NCBI GenBank assembly: GCA_025354795.1
Contig: JANXMF010000216.1
Span: forward strand, 1,138 to 65,137
Source of the DNA: Pseudobdellovibrionaceae bacterium
Lineage (GTDB): Bacteria; Bdellovibrionota; Bdellovibrionia; Bdellovibrionales; UBA1609
Direction of reading: 5' to 3'
Length of the DNA: 64,000 nucleotides
A model generated the notes under the pieces. It did no database searches. It saw only the letters and a list, made by a program, of their open reading frames with translations, and was not told where the DNA came from. Position numbers and translations under genes: made by a program. Of this stretch, positions 17,272 to 24,596 are shown one piece after another (positions within the stretch are counted from its first letter, which is position 1; each line of letters starts with the position of its first letter).

Positions 17272-18954
17272 GTGAAGAAACTTAGTATCGCAAAAAATCT
17301 AGCGCTCGCTTTGGTCGCGCTGACCCTCCTTCTCAACGCTGTGTGGGCGGGTTACCATTCGTTTTGGACGGATTCGGAAATGTGGGCGGTGATTTCGGTG
17401 CGTTCAATGTTCGCCACTACCGGTGAATATAACGGTGCCGTTAAACCACTCTTGGATTTTCTGCTGTGGGTGTGTTTTCAAGCGGCCGAGCATTTGGCGG
17501 TCCACCCGATGTTCACCGCGCGCGCGCTCTTTGCCCTCAACGAACTTTTGACCGTGGGCTTGTTTTTTTATCTGTGCCGGCGCTTGAGCCAAAGCCGGGG
17601 CCTGGCTTTTTTAATCACGCTGCTGCTGGTTTCAAACTCATTTTTCATCAAGCGCTTTTGTCATGTGCGCTCCGATTTGCTCATCACCAATTTTCTACTG
17701 CTCCTCTGTTGGCTACAGGACACCCCACGTTGGCAGCGGGCCTCGAACACTGTGCGCCTCGGTTACGTCATGCTTTTCACGCTTGTGGCAATAACCGTCA
17801 CACCAAAAGCCGTACTGCCTTTTGCGCTATGGACCCTGGCTTTTGCACGCTCCGAGCTACGCCAAACCTTTGCTGGTCGTCGCGGCCTGATTTTGATTGG
17901 GGCGGGATTGTGGATGGCGATCGCCTATGCCAGCTGGAACTGGCAAGCCTTACGTTTTTTATCACTTTCATTGGCCACCACCGCCGAGCACGCGTATTTC
18001 GGCGCGTACCGCTTCCAGCATGTGGGGCGCTTTATAAGGGAAAATGCCGTGATTCTCGCGGTATTTGCATTCAATCTTTACCTGCTCATCCGCCGCGCGC
18101 AGGTGCAAAGGCCCGAATATTTTGTATTCGCGAACCTGGTATTGATCGAGCTCCTGTTCTATCCCGACCGTCTGCCTTTTTTTATCGCCGCCCTCATTCC
18201 GTTTTGGCTGCTACCGCTCAGCTGTGCAAAAGATTTCTTGGCGCGCATCCTGGCGCGGCGTCGGCTTTACGCCGCAACACCATACATAATTTTAGTTTAT
18301 GGGATGATCAATCTCGGGCTTTGGAGTTATGTGGTCGAGACCTTTCATACCAGCGATGAACAGGAAGAGATCGTCACCTGGCTCGAGGAAGCACGGGTGC
18401 CGTTGAGTACCCTGGTGGTGTATGACCCGGTCGGACTCATGCCGTTTTCTCCCTCGCTCAACTGGTTTGTCGGGCCTGACGAAATTTGGAACTCGATAGT
18501 GCTCTTAAAACTTGAAGCAGACCCTCCCGCGGTGATTTTTTTCACCATGCGTCTGTTTTTATTGGGCACGGAATTTTTGGATTTCCTACAGGCAAACTAT
18601 TGGTCCGATGGTCACGGGATTTTTATTCGTCGCGTGCCCTTTCCGACTGAAACCACGCCGTTCAATTGCGCGACCCTCAAAGACTTTGTTCTTAAAAACT
18701 GGCCGAAGGCCACCGCAGCCCCGCAACGCATTTACTACCTTAACGCGTTGAATAAGGCGGGCGAATCATTGGAAGTGCCCGGCAGCGAAGTGTGGCGGGA
18801 AGAGGCTCGCGGTTTCCGCTGGACCGATCTCGCTCGCTGTAAAGATTTGCGCCTTCCCAAAGACCTGGCGCGCCTGGACGTGCTGCCTGCGCGGCTCGTT
18901 AATCCCACCCACTTAGAACTATCTACGTCGTTTCGATTTGATCCCGAGTACTAG
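17272..18954 (+). CDS. GT-C fold membrane glycosyltransferase, ArnT/PMT_2-like
   Basis: 560 aa with about 10 or more hydrophobic segments and a C-terminal soluble domain of about 190 aa. The first loop FWTDSEMWAV...VKPLLDFLLW...ARALFALNELLTVGLFFYLCRRL matches the DE...KPPL...R pattern of ArnT/PMT-type enzymes. Confidence 0.6.
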   Translation: MKKLSIAKNLALALVALTLLLNAVWAGYHSFWTDSEMWAVISVRSMFATTGEYNGAVKPLLDFLLWVCFQAAEHLAVHPMFTARALFALNELLTVGLFFYLCRRLSQSRGLAFLITLLLVSNSFFIKRFCHVRSDLLITNFLLLLCWLQDTPRWQRASNTVRLGYVMLFTLVAITVTPKAVLPFALWTLAFARSELRQTFAGRRGLILIGAGLWMAIAYASWNWQALRFLSLSLATTAEHAYFGAYRFQHVGRFIRENAVILAVFAFNLYLLIRRAQVQRPEYFVFANLVLIELLFYPDRLPFFIAALIPFWLLPLSCAKDFLARILARRRLYAATPYIILVYGMINLGLWSYVVETFHTSDEQEEIVTWLEEARVPLSTLVVYDPVGLMPFSPSLNWFVGPDEIWNSIVLLKLEADPPAVIFFTMRLFLLGTEFLDFLQANYWSDGHGIFIRRVPFPTETTPFNCATLKDFVLKNWPKATAAPQRIYYLNALNKAGESLEVPGSEVWREEARGFRWTDLARCKDLRLPKDLARLDVLPARLVNPTHLELSTSFRFDPEY

Positions 18955-21900
18955 TTGCCTAATAAAGCCGGCGTCAATATGTTCAAAACGCACATGAAGA
19001 TTGAAAGAACCAAAGCTGTACTTAGCGTGGTCGTTCCCACCCATCAGCGGCCGCACTGCGTGCGGCGTTTACTTGTCAGTCTGGCGCGCCAAACTTTGCC
19101 CAGCACCGATTTCGAAATTATTCTGGTGAGCAATTTTATCGAGCCTCGGCTGCAAAAAATCGTGGACAAATGGCGCGCGGCCACCGGGCACAGGATTCAA
19201 CTCTTGGTGGCAGGGCAACTCGGGGTCAATCGCGCGCGCAATTTGGGCCTTCGTCACAGTGACGGCGAAGCCGCGTTGTTGCTCGACGATGATTGCTATC
19301 TTCCCGATCCCAAATATCTTGAGGCGTTGCTGAAGGTGCACGCCCAGACTCCCGGGGTGTTGGCGGTGGGCGGGGCTTATCTCGATTCGCCGGAATTGGG
19401 TGGCGCCGGCACTTACTACAACCTTCATTGCAACCAATGGCTCGGCGGCGATGAGGCCCACGCCCGCTTGACCACGCGCCTGCTTGGCGGCGCGGTCTCG
19501 TATAAAATGCCACCACTGCGCGCCCATGGACTTGGTTTTGATGAAGCCATTCCCTATGGCGGTTCGGAAACGGAATTTCATGATCGCTTGGTGGCGGCGG
19601 GCTTCCAACTGATGTTCCACCCACGCTTGGCCGTGGTTCACGCTTGCCACATTTCCACAATAACTCTACTGCGTAAAGCTTATCGCCAAGGCGAGGGTCA
19701 CGCGCGTATAGGAAAGAGCGCTGCGTCGGAAGCGGATCAAAAACCGCGGCGGCGTTCTCTCCATCAACGGGTCTACGCGCGCGGCTTTACTCTGGGCGAA
19801 AAATCCTTTGCGCGCACAAAAGCACCGAGCGGCGAGCGCACGATCTACTGGCTTTATTTTTTTTCGCTGCTGCGGGTGCTGCAGCAGTTGGCATTGGTGC
19901 CGCTGCGAGCGGCGGGTGGTGCGGTTTTTTGGAGCGCTTATAGGCTGCTCTACCGCATTGGAGGAATCGCCTGGGCGCTGACCGTCAAAACCTATTGGAT
20001 TATCTATCCAGTCCCGCGGCATATCTATTGGAGCGCGGTTCGCGCTAAGGGTTTGGCGCGCACCCTACTCAGCAAAATTTATTGGCGGGTGTTGAGGCCG
20101 CACCGACTGCTGGCGCGGGCTACGCAAATGTATTGGACCTTTTATCCTGTCACTTATTATTTGAAATCGGGTGGCTGGCGGCGGCCGCTCGAGTTGCTGC
20201 GGCTCAAGATGCCGCTGACGTATCCTGCGTTTGAAACTTCGGGCCCTCCGCGCTGGACGCTTCGCTATCACGAGGAATTCCGCTCCTGGTCGGAACTTTA
20301 TGTGCGCACTGTGGCACTCGACAGCCCGTGGTTTCATAAAGCCGACGAGGTTCGGCAGAGTGGCTTGCAACCGCAGCTGAATTTCGCAGCCTCGCAAGAG
20401 ATCGTTACTGCTGAATTGGACGTGGAAATCTGCGTGAACGTAAGGGTCTCGCAAATGGCTTCAATGCACGCACAAATCTTAGAGCGCTTGCGACGCTGCG
20501 AACGCAAACTCGGACTCTGTTTCGTTTTGGATGCCCGGCCGCGGCCGCGGCTCCTCGCGGATTTTTTGAGTGCCGCCCGCCAATTGCCACAAGTTGAGTG
20601 GTTTTCGCTGGAGATGTCGCTGGCGGGTATTTTAATTCCTCAGTCCGGCTTCGAAGCCTTTCGCCGCTTTCATATTTTTTCCCGCGCGTGCGAACATTTA
20701 AACCTCCCTTGGCGACCCCATTACAAGGTGGAACCGCCGGTGTGCCTATTGGCGCTCGAGCATCCGGCGCGTTTCACACCGGCTTACTTGTCCGCGGCCG
20801 TGGCTCCCATCGTGTCGGTGATCATTCCCCACCATTGTGATCTCACCTATTTAAGGGCGGTGCTAGCGTGCTTCTGCCGGCAGAATCTACCGCGTTCGGA
20901 GTTTGAGATTTTAATTGTCGACAACGGAGTCGCCGCGGATCTTGCGGCGCCGGCCGATGCTGCGCACCTGATCGCCGATTTTTCCGAACTCAATCTCGCG
21001 TTACACACCCTCGAATCCACCAGTGCGGAACTCTTCCTGTCCGGCCACGCGCGCAACGTCGGACTCAAGCATGCCAAAGGCCGAATCATTCAGTTCATGG
21101 ATTCGGACATTCTTTTTGGCGAGAACTTTTTGCGCGAGCTGATTGCGCGCATGGAAACTTGCGATGTGGTCATGGCCAAGCGCTCAATGTTGCGCGAAGG
21201 TTGCCGGCCGGGCGACCCTGCCGGCGTCCAAGAGACGGATTTTTATCAGGAGAATGAATACTGGGAAAATTTCAAGAGCGCAGTCCACTGGATCGATCTC
21301 GCGGACCATTGGAAATACGCCTGCACCTATTGTTTAGCGGTGAAACGTTCCGTCCTTGCGCTCTCGGGCCCGTTTGATCCGGAATTCACCATGTACGGCT
21401 TCGAAGATGTGGATCTGGCGTTTCGCTTATTCAAACAAAATGCGCGGTTTGGCTTTGCCCAGTCGTGGGTCTTGCATCTCTTCCCCAGCCGCGACAAGCA
21501 CAATTATCATGTCAACGAAGCCCGGCGCGCGCGGGCCCTGCAGCTCTCCGCCCTGACGCTGTTTAAGCTGCGCCCCGAAAAGCTGACCTTCATACTCTGC
21601 CAAACTTATTTTGCGCCGACGTTGCAACAGTGGTTGCAACAGGCAGCACCTCGCCTACTCGGCAAACGCAAGCATGTTGTGGCGCCGCCCGCAGTGGAGC
21701 GCAGCTCCGCTGGAATTTCGATTGTGATTCCATGTCTGAATGAGGAGCGCACCATCGCGATCGCGGTCGATCAAGCTTTTGCGGCGCTGGAAAAGTGCGG
21801 TGGGGGCGGCGAGGTGCTCGTGGCCGATAACGGCAGCGACGACCGCAGCCGCGAAATCGCTCGCCGCCATGGCGCGCGCGTGGTCTCGTGCCCTGAGCGG

Positions 21901-22386
21901 GGCTATGGCGCCTGTTTGCGCGCCGGGTTACACTCCGCGGCGTTCGAGTATTTGGCCATGGTCGACGCCGATCTTTCCTATCCGTTGCTTGAACTGCCAA
22001 ATTTGATTGCGGAAATCGACAAGGGCTGTGATTTTGTTTTGGGCAATCGTTTGCGCGGCTTGATTGAGCCACGCGCCATGCCGTGGTTGAATCGTTATGT
22101 CGGCACTCCGGTGCTGTCGTGGATTTTGCGCCGGCTCTACGCCCTTCCGACCTATGACTGCAACAGTGGTATGCGCGCCTTCACCCGTTCGCATTTTTTA
22201 GCGATGAATCTGCGCAGCTCGGGCATGGAGCTCGCGTCTGAGATGCTGGTGCGCGTGGCGCAACTGAACTTACGCTATGGCGAAGTCGCGATTTCTTTTC
22301 ACAAAGATCAGCGCCGCGGAAAATCGCATTTGAATCGCTGGCGTGATGGCTGGCGACACTTGCGCTTGATTTTACGCAACCCCTAA
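18955..22386 (+). CDS. Multidomain glycosyltransferase with three GT2 (GT-A fold) domains, the last DPM1/ArnC/GtrB-like
   Basis: GT2-1 is LSVVVPTHQRP...LLLDDDC. GT2-2 is IVSVIIPHHCD...FMDSDIL. GT2-3 is ISIVIPCLNEERTI...VADNGSDDRS...AMVDADL. A hydrophobic YW-repeat linker spans residues 296-412. Alternative ATG starts exist at 18979 and 18994. Confidence 0.8.
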   Translation: MPNKAGVNMFKTHMKIERTKAVLSVVVPTHQRPHCVRRLLVSLARQTLPSTDFEIILVSNFIEPRLQKIVDKWRAATGHRIQLLVAGQLGVNRARNLGLRHSDGEAALLLDDDCYLPDPKYLEALLKVHAQTPGVLAVGGAYLDSPELGGAGTYYNLHCNQWLGGDEAHARLTTRLLGGAVSYKMPPLRAHGLGFDEAIPYGGSETEFHDRLVAAGFQLMFHPRLAVVHACHISTITLLRKAYRQGEGHARIGKSAASEADQKPRRRSLHQRVYARGFTLGEKSFARTKAPSGERTIYWLYFFSLLRVLQQLALVPLRAAGGAVFWSAYRLLYRIGGIAWALTVKTYWIIYPVPRHIYWSAVRAKGLARTLLSKIYWRVLRPHRLLARATQMYWTFYPVTYYLKSGGWRRPLELLRLKMPLTYPAFETSGPPRWTLRYHEEFRSWSELYVRTVALDSPWFHKADEVRQSGLQPQLNFAASQEIVTAELDVEICVNVRVSQMASMHAQILERLRRCERKLGLCFVLDARPRPRLLADFLSAARQLPQVEWFSLEMSLAGILIPQSGFEAFRRFHIFSRACEHLNLPWRPHYKVEPPVCLLALEHPARFTPAYLSAAVAPIVSVIIPHHCDLTYLRAVLACFCRQNLPRSEFEILIVDNGVAADLAAPADAAHLIADFSELNLALHTLESTSAELFLSGHARNVGLKHAKGRIIQFMDSDILFGENFLRELIARMETCDVVMAKRSMLREGCRPGDPAGVQETDFYQENEYWENFKSAVHWIDLADHWKYACTYCLAVKRSVLALSGPFDPEFTMYGFEDVDLAFRLFKQNARFGFAQSWVLHLFPSRDKHNYHVNEARRARALQLSALTLFKLRPEKLTFILCQTYFAPTLQQWLQQAAPRLLGKRKHVVAPPAVERSSAGISIVIPCLNEERTIAIAVDQAFAALEKCGGGGEVLVADNGSDDRSREIARRHGARVVSCPERGYGACLRAGLHSAAFEYLAMVDADLSYPLLELPNLIAEIDKGCDFVLGNRLRGLIEPRAMPWLNRYVGTPVLSWILRRLYALPTYDCNSGMRAFTRSHFLAMNLRSSGMELASEMLVRVAQLNLRYGEVAISFHKDQRRGKSHLNRWRDGWRHLRLILRNP
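19840..20190 (+). repeat. Coding tandem repeat: aromatic-Trp(-Arg) motif units inside the triple-GT2 protein
   Basis: The units are RTIYWLYFF, KTYWIIYPVPR, HIYWSAVRAKGLARTLLS, KIYWRVLRPHRLLARATQ and MYWTFYPVTYYLKSGGWRRP, with irregular spacing of 11-18 aa. Confidence 0.6.
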
Positions 22387-23156
22387 AAACGCCAATGCCT
22401 AGCCAAACCACGGACCACAAAAATACCCAGGGTTGCCGAGGCACGAAGACGATTGAGCTTTTCCCTCTGGCGATAAATAATCCAAGTTTCGCGCAAACTG
22501 CGCCATTTGTCGGATCCGCGCGAACCCAGAACAATGCGGTAGCGCACCAAATCTTGCTGCAAACCGATGCATGAACTTCCGCCCTGGAGTAGCGACAACC
22601 ACAGGGCGAAGTCCTCGCACCCCATCTCGGGAAAACGTACCTTTCCCACCCGCCGCCGATTCAACATCACGCTCGAGCACAGGATGCAGTTCTGCTGCAA
22701 GAGTCGCTGATAGGAAATCCGCGGCGGTACCGAGAGCACGCGCCCGACGCGCACGCCCCCGGTGTCGATACGGCGAAAGCTAGTGCTGCAGAACCCACCC
22801 GCCGCGCCTTCTAAAACTCGCACCTGGCGCGCGAGTTTTTCCGGCAACCACACATCGTCGCTGTCGAGAAAAGCAATGTAGTCGTCCTCGGCGTTTTCCA
22901 ACCCACAGTTCCGCGCAGCACTTACGCCTGGACTCGCAGCCGTCAAGACCCGAATGCGCGGGTCGCGCCGGGCATAGGCGTGGGCAATAAGGCCGGATTC
23001 ATCGCCGCTCAAAGGATCAAGAATTAAGTAAAGCGTCCAGTGTGGATAAGTCTGTGCGCAAACCGAGTCGATGGTTGCCGTTAAAAAGCGTGCGGCGTTA
23101 AATACCGGAGTGAGAATCGATACCGGCGGCGAACTCGGAAATTTTACTTTCGACAT
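22383..23156 (-). CDS. Glycosyltransferase family 2
   Basis: MSKVKFPSSPPVSILTPVFNAARFLTATIDSVCAQTY...FLDSDDVW shows the GT-A nucleotide-binding start and a DxD motif. The long ORF extends to 23204; the ATG at 23156 was chosen. It overlaps the upstream gene by about 59 nt. Confidence 0.8.
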   Translation of the reverse strand: MSKVKFPSSPPVSILTPVFNAARFLTATIDSVCAQTYPHWTLYLILDPLSGDESGLIAHAYARRDPRIRVLTAASPGVSAARNCGLENAEDDYIAFLDSDDVWLPEKLARQVRVLEGAAGGFCSTSFRRIDTGGVRVGRVLSVPPRISYQRLLQQNCILCSSVMLNRRRVGKVRFPEMGCEDFALWLSLLQGGSSCIGLQQDLVRYRIVLGSRGSDKWRSLRETWIIYRQREKLNRLRASATLGIFVVRGLARHWRF

Positions 23157-23982
23157 AGTAGGGCCTCTCCGCAAATTGCATCCAGAGGCGGTTGGCGCGC
23201 ACAACCGCCGCGTAGAGCACGACCAAAGCGATCACAGTCGGATTTTTTTCCGCCCACAGATGGTGCCAAACCGTAGCGCCCGGCCCGTGCGCGGGCCGCG
23301 AAGGCGAGCGGCCGTGAAGCCGCGCCCGTTGAAAAAACGCAAGCAAGGAATGACCGCAGTGATGGTAAACAAAAAGCTCCGGCAGGTGCTGAATGCGAAT
23401 GCCATGACGCCTAAGATTTTCGCACAGGTCCAATTCTTCACCGCCAAAAAAGTGCTGCAGCGAAAACGGAAAGCTGCGACCTGCAAAAGCCATCTTCGGC
23501 AGTAAAATATTTCCCGCTAGCGCCAGGGGTTGAGGCGCATTGAGATGCGCCTTTAACCACAGATTCGCCATGGAATTATAGGCCCGGCGCAACACCCCAC
23601 TGTTTTCCGGTGAACGATAAAAACCCGCATAGGCGCTGGTGCCGCGGGTAAAGCGCATGCTCTGTGCAAAATAAGCTAAAAAACCGTCGGGCAACTCGCA
23701 GTCTTCGTCGAGAAAATAAACCATGGACCCGCGCGCTTCGTGGTAAAGACGATTGCGCAGTTCAGAGAGATTCCCGCCCTCGCTGTGTATCCAGCGTAGC
23801 GCCGGAAAGTTTTGCAGCAACGCGGGCGGCATGGATTCCAGAGTGTTGGGACTCCCCACTAAGACTTCATAACTGACGCCATGCTGCGTTTGATTTTGCA
23901 AACTGGTGAGAAGGCGAAAGAGGTGGGTATAGACGGCCTGCGAGGAGATCGCGATGCTCACGCTTACCTTTGGCATCGCCAA
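23098..23982 (-). CDS. GT2-like glycosyltransferase, paralogous to the first domain of the triple-GT2 protein
   Basis: KVSVSIAISS...YEVLVGS...VYFLDEDCELPDGF. The segment FGGEELDLCENLRRHGIRIQHLPELFVYHHC parallels YGGSETEFHDRLVAAGFQLMFHPRLAVVHAC in the 1143-aa protein. Confidence 0.7.
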   Translation of the reverse strand: MAMPKVSVSIAISSQAVYTHLFRLLTSLQNQTQHGVSYEVLVGSPNTLESMPPALLQNFPALRWIHSEGGNLSELRNRLYHEARGSMVYFLDEDCELPDGFLAYFAQSMRFTRGTSAYAGFYRSPENSGVLRRAYNSMANLWLKAHLNAPQPLALAGNILLPKMAFAGRSFPFSLQHFFGGEELDLCENLRRHGIRIQHLPELFVYHHCGHSLLAFFQRARLHGRSPSRPAHGPGATVWHHLWAEKNPTVIALVVLYAAVVRANRLWMQFAERPYYVESKISEFAAGIDSHSGI

Positions 23983-24053
23983 TTCCCATCCCCCTTTAGA
24001 GAAATTCCACCGACCACTTTGTTACTACAGCCACTGGACTGGCAACAAGTATT

Positions 24054-24596
24054 TTAAACGCCTTGGTCCTTCGAGCGTAAAATGCGTGTGCGAATCTGAA
24101 ACTTAATGAAGAAACAGATTTTAATGGAGGGTGTGCTCAGGCGCCGATGGGTTTCAGGAAAATAGCCGCGAAACCACACCATCGGATTTTTTAAAATCGC
24201 GAGCAACACTCTGAAACGCCACAAATTACCGCGAACCGTAACGAATGGCCACAGCAGCAAGGCCTGCACGCGCCAGAGGTGGCTAGTTAAAAGGCGCCAC
24301 GGGATTTGGATCCGCCAAAAATTACTCTTTACAAAAGTGAGGGGCCAGAGCACCCCTATTCGCAATCGCCAAAGATGACCTTGGATCAAAAAAATCGGCC
24401 GTCGGAGCTTCCACCCCAGAAGCCGCAGCCGCCAAAGATTCCCGGCCAAAAACACGACCCCGAGCTTGAGCCGCCAGCGGTTGGCTTTGAACTCAAAAAA
24501 CGCTCGGTCGATTTCGCACAACGGGATCCGGCGTTTCCACAGCCCCACCTTCGCCCGTAAATACAACTGGCGCAGACGCAGCTGTCGGTTATTCAT
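24054..24596 (-). CDS. Small basic Trp/Arg tandem-repeat protein (function unknown)
   Basis: 180 aa. Its ATG lies inside an ATGAATAA overlap with the radical SAM stop, which indicates translational coupling. It has about six units of the form x(N/H)(L/F)WR(L/I/V/F)(R/Q). Confidence 0.6.
   Translation of the reverse strand: MNNRQLRLRQLYLRAKVGLWKRRIPLCEIDRAFFEFKANRWRLKLGVVFLAGNLWRLRLLGWKLRRPIFLIQGHLWRLRIGVLWPLTFVKSNFWRIQIPWRLLTSHLWRVQALLLWPFVTVRGNLWRFRVLLAILKNPMVWFRGYFPETHRRLSTPSIKICFFIKFQIRTRILRSKDQGV
24168..24488 (-). repeat. Coding tandem repeat, WR motif units with 14-21 aa spacing
   Basis: The units are KANRWRLKLGVVFLA, GNLWRLRLLGWKLRRPIFLIQ, GHLWRLRIGVLWPLTFVKS, NFWRIQIPWRLLTS, HLWRVQALLLWPFVTVR and GNLWRFRVLLAILKNPMVWFR. 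They are visible on the + strand as recurring CGCCA(A/C/G)A. Confidence 0.65.
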
